From: Spirochaetia bacterium
Lineage (GTDB): Bacteria > Spirochaetota > Spirochaetia > SZUA-6 > Bin103
Direction: 5' to 3'
NCBI GenBank assembly: GCA_965198005.1
Contig: CBDAOI010000004.1
Span: forward strand, 2,016,001-2,080,000
DNA length: 64,000 nt
The position numbers and the translations under genes are program-made. Below, piece by piece: positions 1-10,226 of this stretch (the first letter of the stretch is position 1; each line of letters begins with the position of its first letter). Under the pieces are notes generated by a model that saw nothing but the letters and a program-made list of their open reading frames with translations, was not told where the DNA came from and did not search any database.

Positions 1-282
1 GCGGCTAGGCTCGCCATCTACGCTGACTCGCCTCAGTCTGTTGTATGGAACTCTTCCCGGAGAACGCGGCGCAGGGTCTCCTCGTCGACGGGGCTGGGGG
101 CCTTGCCGAGAAATTGCCGGAGCGCTTCGTTGCGCTCGAGGTCCATCGACCCGTCGGCGTGATACAGCGCCTCGGCGCCGCCTCGCCAGACCATTAGCTG
201 CCGCGGCAGTGGCCAACGGCGGGGGGTGGTCGGAACTGGCCGCGCCAGCTACGCGAGTAGGCCGGCGGCGGGTGGTCGGCAC

Positions 283-318
283 TGGTCATAATTTCCGCCT
301 GGTCGTATTATATGACCA
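283..318. promoter_or_regulatory. Inverted-repeat operator upstream of TA operon
   Basis: TGGTCATA (283-290) / TATGACCA (311-318) directly before the antitoxin ATG. Confidence 0.5.
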
Positions 319-321
319 CTT

Positions 322-552
322 ATGAACACGCGGACGATCGGTGCAGCGAAATTCAAGGAGCAGTGCCTGGCGCTTCTCGACGACCTCCCCCGCGACGGCC
401 TGATCGTTACCAAACACGGCAAGCCGGTGGCACGGGTTGTGCGCTATCCAGTGCAACCGCGCCAGCTGATCGGCGCGTTACGAGGGAAGCTAGCCGTACG
501 CGGTGACATCCTCACCACGGGAGTGACGTGGGATGCCGCTGCTGAATCTTGA
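322..552 (+). CDS. Phd/YefM-family antitoxin
   Basis: IGAAKFKEQCLALLD...IVTKHGKPVARVV pattern; overlaps PIN gene. Confidence 0.9.
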   Translation: MNTRTIGAAKFKEQCLALLDDLPRDGLIVTKHGKPVARVVRYPVQPRQLIGALRGKLAVRGDILTTGVTWDAAAES

Positions 553-907
553 TACGCACATTCTCGTGCACGCCCTCACCGGCGACCTGAGACCTACGGA
601 GGAGTCGATGCTGATCGAGCACGACTGGGGAGTGGCGGCCATCGTCTTCTGGGAGCTGGCGAAGTTGTCGCAGCTTGGCCGGCTCGACGTCGATCTCGGC
701 GACGCCGAGGTCCAGAGTGTGCTGGCCAGCCTGCACGTTTGGCCGCTCGACCTCGACGTAGCCCGGGCCTCGATCGACCTGGACTTTCGCGGCGACCCGG
801 CCGACGAGCTGATCGCGGCGACCAGCGTGGTGCACAACATCCCCCTGCTGACTCGAGACCGGCAGATGCTGAAGTCGACGCGGGTACCGCTGGCGCGCGT
901 GACCTAA
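533..907 (+). CDS. vapC: VapC/PIN-domain toxin
   Basis: LDTHIL, WELAKL, DPADELIAATS, LLTRD PIN acidic motifs. Confidence 0.9.
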   Translation: MPLLNLDTHILVHALTGDLRPTEESMLIEHDWGVAAIVFWELAKLSQLGRLDVDLGDAEVQSVLASLHVWPLDLDVARASIDLDFRGDPADELIAATSVVHNIPLLTRDRQMLKSTRVPLARVT

Positions 908-1072
908 TCTAAGCCGGCCAAGGACAGCACGCCGTCTGGTCCCGCTCACCGCCGCCCATGCCCACTGTCAATCGTGCGCACTTCAGTTGGGGCCCCATCT
1001 ATGCCAATGCCGAACTCAGCGGGCGCAGCTCGGTTACGGCCCCCAGGGACTCCAGGAACATGCCCAAATCTC

Positions 1073-1828
1073 TCACCTGGGTTCGTGGGCGTGCAGGAAA
1101 TCGCGCACCTGTTGGATGGTCTGGGCTAGCATTTCGGGTTGGTCTGCCCAGGGGAAGGGCGTAACTTCGGCGTGTGGCGCCAGCGCGACAACGTCCATGG
1201 ATGTCTGGTAGGGGTGCGCTGGTGCGTCATCGGGCATGACCAGGATCGGCGTGGGGCACGATCGCGCGAAGTCGCGGGACACGCTGTAGACGAAGTCAGG
1301 CTGCGCACGATAGAGGTTGTGGAGGTACGATTCGATCGTGCGGGCGGTGATCTCGGGGCGCTGCGCACGCAGCTCGGGGGCCCAAGCATCGCGACCGGCG
1401 TTGTACATGACATCCGGGTCCTGCGGCCGGTGCCCGACTGGCTGGCACAGCACGCTGGCCACGACGCGGTCGGGTGCCTGCTGCATGAGTTTGAAGCCAA
1501 AGGGGCCGCCGATGCAGTAGCCCATGTAGAGGAACTGCTCGATACCGAGGTGGTCCATGAGACCCAGTTGGTCGCCGGCGAACGCGCCCCACGGATCGTC
1601 GACCGGGACTGGCCCGGTGGACTCACCACCGATGGCGTTGCGTTGGTCCATGGCGATGCAGCGAAACTCGTCCTGAAACGCATCCATGGCATTGAAAACG
1701 GCTCCCGGCCAACCGTCGACGCGTGAGTTCAAGCCACCGCCGGGGGTGACCAGGAGGGGGAAGCCGGAGCCGGCCTCCTCGTAACGGATGCGGACGTCGC
1801 CGCGCTGAAAAAACGGCATAGGGGCCAT
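1073..1828 (-). CDS. Alpha/beta-fold hydrolase
   Basis: IRYEEAGSGFPLLV, IAMDQR, GYCIGG nucleophile elbow (Cys in place of Ser). Confidence 0.85.
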   Translation of the reverse strand: MAPMPFFQRGDVRIRYEEAGSGFPLLVTPGGGLNSRVDGWPGAVFNAMDAFQDEFRCIAMDQRNAIGGESTGPVPVDDPWGAFAGDQLGLMDHLGIEQFLYMGYCIGGPFGFKLMQQAPDRVVASVLCQPVGHRPQDPDVMYNAGRDAWAPELRAQRPEITARTIESYLHNLYRAQPDFVYSVSRDFARSCPTPILVMPDDAPAHPYQTSMDVVALAPHAEVTPFPWADQPEMLAQTIQQVRDFLHAHEPR

Positions 1829-1851
1829 GCTTGCACACTGTAAGACGACAC

Positions 1852-2140
1852 TCAATTGTGGTGCGGTCGTTGGCCTGGCTGGCATCTCGTCCGCGTCTGG
1901 GTATAGAGAATCTGATAGAGCGCGGCCTTGGCTCCGCTCACTCCCCGGGCAAACTCTTCCATCCGGGGAGCCATTCTCTGAAAGGCCTCTCTTCGTCCCG
2001 ATGCGTTCGCCCGCGCAGCCGCATGCTTGATGTACGTCGGGCTGGCATCGAACTCTTCCACGAGGAAGTCGATCTCTTCACCGCTCAGAAATCCCGGGAC
2101 AACGCAGAAGCCCCGTTCATCGAGCGAGGCGGCGATCGGC
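1852..2140 (-). pseudogene. Phytanoyl-CoA dioxygenase-like N-terminal fragment
   Basis: Minus frame reads IAASLDERGFCVVPGFLSGEEIDFLVEEFD; no start and no C-terminal half. Confidence 0.4.
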
Positions 2141-2335
2141 GCGCATGCGGACGTTGCCCTACCGTAACAACGCGAGACGAGGAGGCGCGAGTGGCGAAGA
2201 TAGAGGCCGCCGATAGAACCGCGTCGTTGGAGCTTCTTGTGCGGAAGTCTGCCGAGTCATCGGCGAACCTCCATCGCCACTGCTGTCTAGAGGGTCCTTC
2301 TTCACGGCGCTCCGGCGCTCCCGGCTCACTTTACT

Positions 2336-2371
2336 CATGAGTAATATCCAGCAATAATGATATTACTCATG
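2336..2371. promoter_or_regulatory. 13-bp perfect inverted repeat overlapping the ATPase start codon
   Basis: CATGAGTAATATC-N10-GATATTACTCATG. Confidence 0.55.
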
Positions 2372-3061
2372 GCCGAAATTGCGCGCTATCTGCGCGAGCC
2401 GGTGCGGGCCGACCTCGCCGAGAAGATGGTGTTCGTCGGCGGCGCGCGTCAGGTCGGCAAGACCACGTTCGCCCAGACATTCCTGGGCACGGCCGCGTCA
2501 GCGAGCCCGGCGTATCTCAACTGGGATAACACCAAGACTCGCGCGGCGCTCATCCGCGGCGAGTCGCCGCCCCGCCAGCCGCATGAGACGGCCGAACGTT
2601 GGCTGGCCATTCTCGAGCGCGTGTATCTGTGCTTCCGCATCGCGCCCTACGGGGCGCCCCGGATTCGGGCGGTCAAGAAGGAGCAGAAGCTCTACCTGAC
2701 CGACTGGTCGCGCGTGCCCGATGCCGGCGCGCGGTTCGAGAACTTCGTTGCCTGCCAACTGCTGAAATACTGCCACCTGGTCGAGGACACCGAGGGTTAC
2801 GCGATGGAGGTGCGCTACCTTCGCGACACCGACAGGCGCGAGGTCGACTTCGTGGTGCTGCGCGACCGGCAGCCGCTGTTCGCGGTGGAGTGCAAGACCG
2901 GCGAACGGAGCGTCAGCGCCGCAGCCCGCTACTTCCGCGAGCGCACGCCGATTCCGCGCTTCTACCAGGTCCACCTCGGTGCCGCCGACTGGGGAGATGC
3001 TGCCGGTGCCGTGCGCGTGGCGCCCTACCACGTGTTTTGCAGCGAGCTGGGATTGCCATAG
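2369..3061 (+). pseudogene. AAA_14/DUF4143 ATP-binding protein with in-frame internal deletion
   Basis: Walker A GARQVGKTT and C-terminal EVDFV...AVECK are present; Walker B and middle are missing (junction PRQP|HETAERW). Confidence 0.75.
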
Positions 3062-3104
3062 TCGATGACTTGCGATCGCCAGGAGCCTTATGATACGTAC
3101 CGCC

Positions 3105-3368
3105 ATGGCAACCTCGCTCACGCTCAGCATCGACGAAGCCATAATCAGGAGGGCGAAGGTGTTGGCCAAAGACCGTCGAACCACGCTGTCCCGGTTGGTA
3201 GAGGATTATCTGCGATACGTCACCGCAGGCAACGACGAGACACCTCCCGTTAGCATGCATGTGCAGGCAATTGCGGAGTCCCTCGAGATGCCATCGGGCC
3301 TCACGTACGACGATCTGAAGGAGCAGTACTTGCTCGAGAGGCATCTCGGTGCAAAGAATCCTGATTGA
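3105..3368 (+). CDS. DUF6364-like ribbon-helix-helix antitoxin
   Basis: TSLTLSIDEAIIRRAKVLAK...TLSRLVEDYL. Confidence 0.8.
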   Translation: MATSLTLSIDEAIIRRAKVLAKDRRTTLSRLVEDYLRYVTAGNDETPPVSMHVQAIAESLEMPSGLTYDDLKEQYLLERHLGAKNPD

Positions 3369-3490
3369 TTCCGACGTCGTGCTCGATTGTTTGTCTCGCG
3401 GGAGCCACATCACACGATCGCCCTGCACTGAGCCCGGTTGAGCTCATGCGGCTCGACGGCTTCGCGACCGAACAGCCAACCTCACGGTAG
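3349..3490 (+). pseudogene. PIN toxin fragment
   Basis: GTG start, QRILIDSDVVLD, then frameshift and truncation. Confidence 0.65.
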
Positions 3491-3508
3491 GTTCGGAGGG
3501 TTGAGGCG

Positions 3509-4327
3509 ATGGAGCTCGGACTGGAAGGCAAGCGCGGGATCGTCGTTGGCGGCAGCCGCGGTATCGGCAAGGCAATCGCACGCGAGCTGGCCCGCGAAGG
3601 GGTGGACCTGGCGGTCGTGTCCCGCGCCCCCGACTCGCTGGCCGCTGCGGCCCGGGAACTGGAGGCGGAGAGCGCGCGGCGGGTGGTGCCGATCGCTGCC
3701 GACGTCACCAGCCGCGAGCAGGTGGACCGCATGGTCGCCACCGCCGCGGATTGGCTTGGTGGCCTGCACATCCTCATCAACAGCGGCTCGCTGCCGGGCG
3801 GCTCGCCGACCGCGGTCGGACGCATCGAGACGATCGTCGACGAGGACTTTCTCCAGGACTTCAACGTCAAGTACCTCGGCGCCCTGCGCTGCGCCCGAGC
3901 CGCGATCCCCCATCTGAAAGCGCAGCGCTGGGGCCGCATCATCAACATCAGCGGCCTCAACGCACGGCGCGCCGGCAACCTGAGCGGCGGCGCGCGCAAC
4001 GCCTCGCTGGTGCACCTCACCCGCACCCTGGCGCTGCAGCTCGGCCGCGACGGCATCACCGTCAACTGCATCCATCCCGGCGAAACCCGCACCGAACGGA
4101 CACCGGGGCTGCTGGCCGCGCGCGCCCACGAGCTGGGCGTGGCGCCCGTGGAGGTCGAAGCCCACGACTACGCCGCCGGCGGCGCCAAGGCGAACGCCAT
4201 CGGACGCATGGTCGAAGCCGCCGAGATCGGCCACCTGGCGGTGTTCCTCGCCTCCGACAGGGCGTGGGCGGTTTCCGGCGAGGTTATCGCCGCCGACGGT
4301 GGTGGCGGCCCCGCTGTCTACTATTGA
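3509..4327 (+). CDS. SDR family oxidoreductase
   Basis: GGSRGIG Rossmann motif, GRIINIS, GITVNCIHPG. Confidence 0.92.
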   Translation: MELGLEGKRGIVVGGSRGIGKAIARELAREGVDLAVVSRAPDSLAAAARELEAESARRVVPIAADVTSREQVDRMVATAADWLGGLHILINSGSLPGGSPTAVGRIETIVDEDFLQDFNVKYLGALRCARAAIPHLKAQRWGRIINISGLNARRAGNLSGGARNASLVHLTRTLALQLGRDGITVNCIHPGETRTERTPGLLAARAHELGVAPVEVEAHDYAAGGAKANAIGRMVEAAEIGHLAVFLASDRAWAVSGEVIAADGGGGPAVYY

Positions 4328-4417
4328 AAGATGTGTGAATAATGTGGGCCCATGTGATTGAAGTGGGCCCCCGAAGTGGGCTCGGGTGACCACCCCGTCT
4401 GTCTGCCCGGACAGCGC

Positions 4418-4570
4418 TCACAGCAGCTTGTCTACGGCAACCAGGATCGCCACAGCGGCAGCGATGGCGGCGCCCAAGCGGATCGTCAACCGCTCCTGGA
4501 GCTTGCTGATCTCGCCGCGCAGGCTGGCCTCCATCTGATTCGTCTCGCCACGCAGGGTTGCCAGCTCCAG
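4418..4570 (-). pseudogene. Coiled-coil + TM (DUF1640/CCDC90-like) C-terminal fragment
   Basis: LATLRGETNQMEASLRGEISKLQERLTIRLGAAIAAAVAILVAVDKLL. Confidence 0.5.
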
Positions 4571-4750
4571 AAGAACGTCTCCTGCTTCTGGTTGTTGACC
4601 ACCTCTCGATAGACACGGCGGGAATGGCTCAATCTCCCGCTGAAGAACCACGTGCGCCGCCGAGCGCGCGCTTGTGGGTCCCAGGTGAGGCCCAGGTAGC
4701 CGAAGTCCACCTCCATGACTTCCCCCGCGATCGTCGCCCGCCGCATCACT
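4565..4750 (-). mobile_element. IS21-family IstA transposase fragment
   Basis: GEVMEVDFGYLG...FFSGRLSHSRRVYREVVNNQKQETFF. Confidence 0.75.
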
Positions 4751-4926
4751 GGCCGGATCTTCTTGGGAAATCGCCGGTGAATATAGCGGCGTACCGTCGT
4801 CTCCGAGTACGGCGGGCGAGCCAGTTTCGCAATCGCGATTCAATTACTCGCGCTCGCCTGTCAGAGTCGGCAGGACGTCCGCCAGGGTGATGCCGAAGAC
4901 CCACAAGAGCTTTCGCCACCCGGGCC

Positions 4927-5170
4927 TGGAGCGTCCGAGTATCTGGTAATTGGCGAATCACCTTTCGGTTCGAGAATGGAAATGCCTATGTCGTCGACTA
5001 TCAGGACTACCAGAATCAGAAACGGCGCCCACTCATCCGGGAGGGGTCTCAGACGACACTATCTGGAGCCGCTCAACTTGACCGTGTCGGAGCTTGCGGC
5101 AGATTTGAACTACGATTTGTGGGCCGCTGCCTCGAAATCAGGGGAGTGGGAGAAGGTCGAAACGCTCATC
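4927..5170 (+). pseudogene. HigB toxin C-terminus and deleted HigA antitoxin
   Basis: WSVRVSGNWRITFRFENGNAYVVDYQDY followed by LRRHYLEPLNLTVSELAADL|NYDLW. Confidence 0.75.
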
Positions 5171-5189
5171 ACAGGCGAGCGGCCGCCTC

Positions 5190-5478
5190 CAGCACCTCGG
5201 AGTCCGCGCTCGCGGATCTACAGGCACTCAGGAGATGGTACGATGACCAGGAGCTCTCAGATCTAGGCACCCGGCTGGTGACGGAGATCCTTTCCCGTAT
5301 CGACAGCCTTGCGGACCATCCAGATCTGGGACGCGTGGTGCCAGAATTCGATCAGCGGTTTCTCCGCGAGCTCATCCATCCACCATTTCGTATCGTCTAC
5401 CGCCGCGGCAGCAACGTCGTCCAGATCGTGCGGGTGTGGCGGAGCGAGCGGCTGCTACAGCTACCGGAAGACGAGTGA
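5190..5478 (+). pseudogene. RelE/ParE-family toxin, 5' end lost
   Basis: SESALADLQ...HPDLGRVVPEF...RELIHPPFRIVYR...IVRVWRSER; no credible start codon. Confidence 0.75.
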
Positions 5479-5676
5479 ACGTACGACGCGGGAGGAGTGG
5501 CGCAGCTGCTCGACGGTGTTGCGTGACTCGACGTCGGTGATCAAGACGGCAGGACGTAGCTGACAACCCCTAACGGGGTTCTCGTGAAGTCCCTGGTCGC
5601 GCCGCTTCGCCGACAGTCTGTGATTGCCCTCGAGCTTGACCCACGCACTGTTACACGTGTAGTATACGTGTTGTTC

Positions 5677-5925
5677 ATGCGGCGAAAGCTCACCATCACG
5701 ATTGACGAAGCTGTCTACCGAGGTCTGTACAAAAAGGTAGGCCCCAGAAAGATCGCTCGGTTCATAGAAGAGATCGTGCGCCCGCATGTGGTCGACGCCG
5801 ATCTCGATTCGGCCTACCAGGAGATGGCCCACGACGAGGCGCGAGAGCGGGACGCTGAGGAGTGGTCGGAGGCACTACTGGACGACGTGGCGCCTGGGTC
5901 GACGAGCCGTAATGAACCGCGGTGA
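5677..5925 (+). CDS. RHH addiction-module antitoxin (MazF partner)
   Basis: RKLTITIDEAVYRGL...IARFIEEIVRPHVV...AYQEMA; palindrome TACACGTGTA upstream. Confidence 0.8.
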   Translation: MRRKLTITIDEAVYRGLYKKVGPRKIARFIEEIVRPHVVDADLDSAYQEMAHDEARERDAEEWSEALLDDVAPGSTSRNEPR

Positions 5926-6235
5926 GGTGTGGTGGGTCTCGTTTGAATCGGCTCGAGGAGGCGAAGTTCGGAAGCGACGCCCGGCCATCATCGTGAGCAA
6001 CGACGCATCGAATCGTCATCTCAGTCGCGTGCAAGTCGTGCCGCTGACATCAGCTACTCGAAGAGTGTATCCGAGCGAGGCACTGGTACATGTTGGCAGC
6101 CGACGACAGAAGGCCATGGCCGATCAGATCACGACCGCTGCCAAGCACCGGCTGACCGAGCGGCTTGGCATCGTGAGAGGCGAGGAGATGGACTCGGTCG
6201 AACGTGCCTTGCGAATCCAGCTCGGACTCACGTAG
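5912..6235 (+). CDS. mazF: PemK/MazF toxin
   Basis: MNRGEVWWV...GGEVRKRRPAIIVSND...VVPLTS...AMADQI. Confidence 0.92.
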   Translation: MNRGEVWWVSFESARGGEVRKRRPAIIVSNDASNRHLSRVQVVPLTSATRRVYPSEALVHVGSRRQKAMADQITTAAKHRLTERLGIVRGEEMDSVERALRIQLGLT

Positions 6236-6291
6236 AGCTGGAACCGCAGCAACGACGGTGGTCCGGCCCGCCTGGAGCGATGAAAGGACGT

Positions 6292-6540
6292 TCAGAAGGA
6301 GGGGGGCGAGAGGTTCCAGGGTTTCGATTCGGTTGTCGTGGACAACAAGTACGACGACGGCGACCGGAAACCGCCCGGGGTTTTGCTGGTGCTGGAGGTT
6401 CTGGTCAACGGTGGCGACACATCGAACTCGGTCGCAGCCCTGCCGAGCCGCTCGCCGTTGCGGACGCCTGCCCAGCCATTTCTCCGTGGCACGGTCTGCA
6501 CCTCGTGGCCTTCCAGGAGCCGAGAAAAACTGACGCGTGA
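6292..6540 (-). pseudogene. DUF5615/VapC45-like PIN fragment
   Basis: LLEGHEVQTV...GWAGVRNGERLGRAATEFD. Confidence 0.55.
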
Positions 6541-6544
6541 GTCA

Positions 6545-6637
6545 GTGTGCCCGGCCGAAAGACGAGACGACCGGTTGCGGTTGATAACGATGTATCCGTC
6601 CCGCAAATACCATCGCCAACGGGGGAGCAATGGCTGA
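6545..6637 (+). pseudogene. BrnT-like toxin C-terminal fragment
   Basis: RDDRLRLITMYPSRKYHR overlapping the following antitoxin. Confidence 0.5.
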
Positions 6638-6926
6638 CGTACAAATGGACTACCTCGATGACGAGGAACGAGAGCTCATAGAGAGTATCGAGGGAGCACC
6701 CCACTTCGGCGAGCGGCTCGATCCAGAGGAGGAGAACAGATTCCGGGAGTTGCTGAAGGTCGCCGCGCGCAGGAAGCCGAAGGACACCAAGATCACCCTG
6801 CGGATAGCGTCCGACGATCTGGTGGCTATCAAGGCACTGGCGCGTCGGCTCGGCGTCGAATACCAACCGCTCATCGTAGAGGTGATCCACCAATATGCGC
6901 GCGGCCAGCTCAAACGCTCCAGCTGA
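6630..6926 (+). CDS. CopG/BrnA-like antitoxin
   Basis: YLDDEERELIESIE...KDTKITLRIASDDLVAIKALARRLGVEYQPLI. Confidence 0.8.
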   Translation: MADVQMDYLDDEERELIESIEGAPHFGERLDPEEENRFRELLKVAARRKPKDTKITLRIASDDLVAIKALARRLGVEYQPLIVEVIHQYARGQLKRSS

Positions 6927-6929
6927 CGC

Positions 6930-7270
6930 CGACGAGTCTTGATGTCAGCGTGGCGTAACGGCGCGCTGCAGCGTTAACCGCACGCGCCCGTTCGCACGCT
7001 ATCAGTACCAGCTCCCCCGGTTGGACGAGTTCCGAACCTACTGCTACAGCCATCACTTGGCTGAGGTGCCGGCAGCGTCGCGCGCGACGTAGAGCGAGCA
7101 CGAGCTGAACTGTGCGCCAAGGCCCCTTGTTCGCGACCGACCGTGTCTCGGTTGATTGGAGACGGCCTTAGCGCCAGCGCCAGTCGCAGACTGACGTTCT
7201 CAGTTAGCGTCGCTCGGCCGCGAACGCCACATCTCTCCGATGGCCCGCACTGTCCGGTCACGGAGCCCAC
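6930..7270 (-). mobile_element. Group II intron 5' (domain I) fragment
   Basis: Begins GTGGGCTCCG; first 53 nt identical to 10491-10543, which is joined to a maturase tail and domain V. Confidence 0.55.
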
Positions 7271-7759
7271 GAACGGACGACGCGTCAGTCATGTGATGAG
7301 GTACCTGGTGCCCGCCTTCGCTGTGACGACGAGTATTGAGAGTGCGCCGATGAGAGACGTACGAGAGACCAACGTCGAGATCGATGCGGTCGCCGGGCGA
7401 ACTACCTGGCACGCTTCCCGGACCCAGCTCTATGGGACCACCTAATTCGGTACACTTCGCCGACTCGGTCTGCGGTGCCCGATGATGCACAGACACTACG
7501 ATGCCAGGCGCTGCTTCGGGCTGACCGGCCAGGTCACACCCATCCACAGCCCGGCGCTCGTCGAACTGGTCGGGCGCGTTCCGGGCGCGCCTCCGGAGTA
7601 CCGACGGGCTCCCAGCCCACGACGTCCTGTCGCGGGCCGGGAGCTGCATGCCAGCCGTGGCGCCAAGGATGGGGCCACGGGTGGAGGTCACCGTGCATCC
7701 GGCGTGATACCGCTGGGGTTCCCGGTTGGCGCCGCGAACTTCGTTCGCGCACACCCACG

Positions 7760-8072
7760 GGTCGGCGCTGTTGACAGGGTGTCTAAATCGCGAGAGAGTG
7801 CACCGTTAGGGGTTCGGCGAATGCAGATGACGCGCCATGATGACAGTCAGCGCAGTGACCGGTTGGCGCTCACGTTTGGTGAGCTCCGAGTCGTTGACCG
7901 GGTGGTCGCGTCCATAGCAAGCTTGCCTCGCTTGGGGTCGGACGGATCGGAGATGAAGCGCCATGACGACAGTCAGCGCAGTGGCCGGTGGCCGGTCATG
8001 TTCGGTGACGTCCGAGTGGTTGAAAGGGTGGTCGCGCCCACGCTATCATGCCTGGCCTGGGGCGACGGATGA
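7760..8072. repeat. Array of ~2.5 units of the 122-126 bp repeat family (inverted relative to the 33 kb array)
   Basis: Near-identical reverse complement of ~33126-33370. Confidence 0.9.
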
Positions 8073-8107
8073 GTAAAGGGAAACATTAACTAAGGAGGCA
8101 GAGAAGG

Positions 8108-9082
8108 ATGTCTATACTTATTACCGGCGGAACAGGTTGGGTGGGTACTGGCCTGGCGCATAGACTGGTAGAGAGGGGAGAGGACGTCATATTGTTTGAC
8201 ATCGCTCCGCAAATGGAGCGCTTCGCGGAGATCAAGAACAATGTAAAGGTTGTCCAGGGAGACGCAAAGGTCTTGCCTGAAGTGTTGAATGTCGTCAAGG
8301 AAAATAACGTAGAAGGCATATTGCACCTTGTAATGCCTAAATCCCCTACCCCCTGGGCCGCTTATGAAGGGCATGTCCCCGGAATAATGAATGTACTGGA
8401 AGCGGCGCTACTCTTCGAGGTTAAGACGGTGTTGTTCACCAGCAGTATGATGACCTACGGGCTGGGAATACCTACTGAAACCATCACTGATGAGACACTA
8501 CAACGGCCTGCTAGCGAGTACGGTGTAACGAAGCTATATGGTGAGCTTATTGGCAGATCCTACCGGAAGAGATTTGACCTTGACTTTCGCTGCATACGAT
8601 ACCCCAACATCTTTGGTCCCGGATTTTTGCGGGCTCTCCATCCGAAAACTCAGTATGTTGGCTGGATGATTCTAAATGCAGCCCTTGGCAGGCCTGCCGA
8701 ATGTACTGTCAGCGAAGACACCAAGATTCCTGTCATGTACTATGAAGATGCTATGCTGGCTACACAAATGCTGTATGATGCACCGAAAGAGCAAATTGAG
8801 ACCGTGTGCTATAACGTAGTATCGGTATTCCCATCACTAACGGCCAAGGAGGTAGAGCTGGCTATAAAGAAGTTCATTCCGGAAGCTAAATTTACCTATA
8901 AGCCGGACCCATGGGCCATGGATTATATCCGCAATATCAATAACATCGATGACAGCCGAGCTCGTGAGGAATGGGGGTGGGAGCCATTGTATGCCGATTT
9001 CGAAAAAGGAGTGGCCGATTTCATCAAAGAAGTAAGATCGAAACCTGAGTACTACAGCCGGGTCGCGTTAGCAAGCGCATAG
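8108..9082 (+). CDS. NAD-dependent epimerase/dehydratase (threonine-dehydrogenase-like extended SDR)
   Basis: ITGGTGWVG, FTSS, YGVTK; RBS AAGGAGG upstream; lower GC. Confidence 0.9.
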   Translation: MSILITGGTGWVGTGLAHRLVERGEDVILFDIAPQMERFAEIKNNVKVVQGDAKVLPEVLNVVKENNVEGILHLVMPKSPTPWAAYEGHVPGIMNVLEAALLFEVKTVLFTSSMMTYGLGIPTETITDETLQRPASEYGVTKLYGELIGRSYRKRFDLDFRCIRYPNIFGPGFLRALHPKTQYVGWMILNAALGRPAECTVSEDTKIPVMYYEDAMLATQMLYDAPKEQIETVCYNVVSVFPSLTAKEVELAIKKFIPEAKFTYKPDPWAMDYIRNINNIDDSRAREEWGWEPLYADFEKGVADFIKEVRSKPEYYSRVALASA

Positions 9083-9275
9083 CTAGAGTGCGACCCGAGA
9101 CTAGGATGAATATTGCAAGGAGATACAAAAGAGGGATGCAAGCCTACATAATCAGAAGTACCCTCTGGACGCAAGCAGGCGATATGCGATTTCCCAAGGC
9201 GCCCGATATAGTAGTACGCTCGTCCCTCGGTAGTCGGGAAATTAATAATTATCCGTAATAATAAGGGAGGAAACA

Positions 9276-10040
9276 ATGCCATTGCGGGAGAATAAGTTAA
9301 AAGCAAAGTTGAAAAGAGGTGAAGTTATCACCGGAACATTCACGAAGCTCCGCGGACCATACGTGGTGGAGGCTTTTGCAGAGGCTGGTGTGGACTACAT
9401 AGATATGGACGCTGAGCATACGAATTTTGATATGAAAGAGCTAGTGGAGACCGTCAATTATGCTCACCTGGCTGGTGTCACACCTATGGTACGCCTTCCT
9501 GCCTTGGAGCAACATTTCATCACTAGACTGCTAGACAACGGCTGTCAATGTCTGGTCCTACCAAGTATCAGCACCGGAGCGGAGGCCCGGCGGTTCATTG
9601 AGTTTGCTAAATTCCACCCCGAAGGAAAGCGTGCGATGGCCCTGTACGGGGTACCTGATTTACCGGCAGCGTGCGCTCACGCTAACGCCAACACGTTGCT
9701 CGGCCTTATTATTGAGACTCCGGAGGCACTCGAGAACTTGGACGAGATTCTCATTCCCGGGATAGACCTGGTCTGGATAGGCCATACCGATCTCTCACAT
9801 CTCTTGGGTATAGCCGGCCAGTTTGACCATCCCAAGATAACTGAAGCCAGAGAACACGTCCGTGCAATGTGCCAGACGAAAGGTATAGCGTTCTGTCAGT
9901 GGGCTTTACCGCCCACTCCAAGCAAGGTGAAATCATTGTTGGAGAGTGGCATTCGTTGGATAGCGTATGGATCGGATTTATTTTTTCTGGAGCGTGAAGC
10001 GCGAAATGCGGTCGATGAGATCGCAGCTTGGCGCGGTTGA
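9276..10040 (+). CDS. HpcH/HpaI aldolase family
   Basis: DAEHT, PMVR, IIETPEALENLDEI, IGHTDLS. Confidence 0.9.
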   Translation: MPLRENKLKAKLKRGEVITGTFTKLRGPYVVEAFAEAGVDYIDMDAEHTNFDMKELVETVNYAHLAGVTPMVRLPALEQHFITRLLDNGCQCLVLPSISTGAEARRFIEFAKFHPEGKRAMALYGVPDLPAACAHANANTLLGLIIETPEALENLDEILIPGIDLVWIGHTDLSHLLGIAGQFDHPKITEAREHVRAMCQTKGIAFCQWALPPTPSKVKSLLESGIRWIAYGSDLFFLEREARNAVDEIAAWRG

Positions 10041-10226
10041 TGAGGTGAGTGAGCAGGATTATCTCACCCCGGTAATATCGGGTTTAGACTACATCAAACT
10101 TGACGACGAGGCTGTGAAACGCTGCTCACGAGCGGTGCGGTACTCATCGAGAAGGCAAGATAGTGCCAGTTCCGATGCGTCTGCCGGCAATCCATCAATC
10201 ACCATCCTATCGATGATGTGGATTGG

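Noticed and set aside
4332-4392. GTGGGC repeats as intron start or IS21 end
   Set aside because: Too short to assign; a possible IS21 terminal remnant but no matching other end.
283-6926. Integron cassette array
   Set aside because: No integrase or convincing attC sites; mixed orientations.
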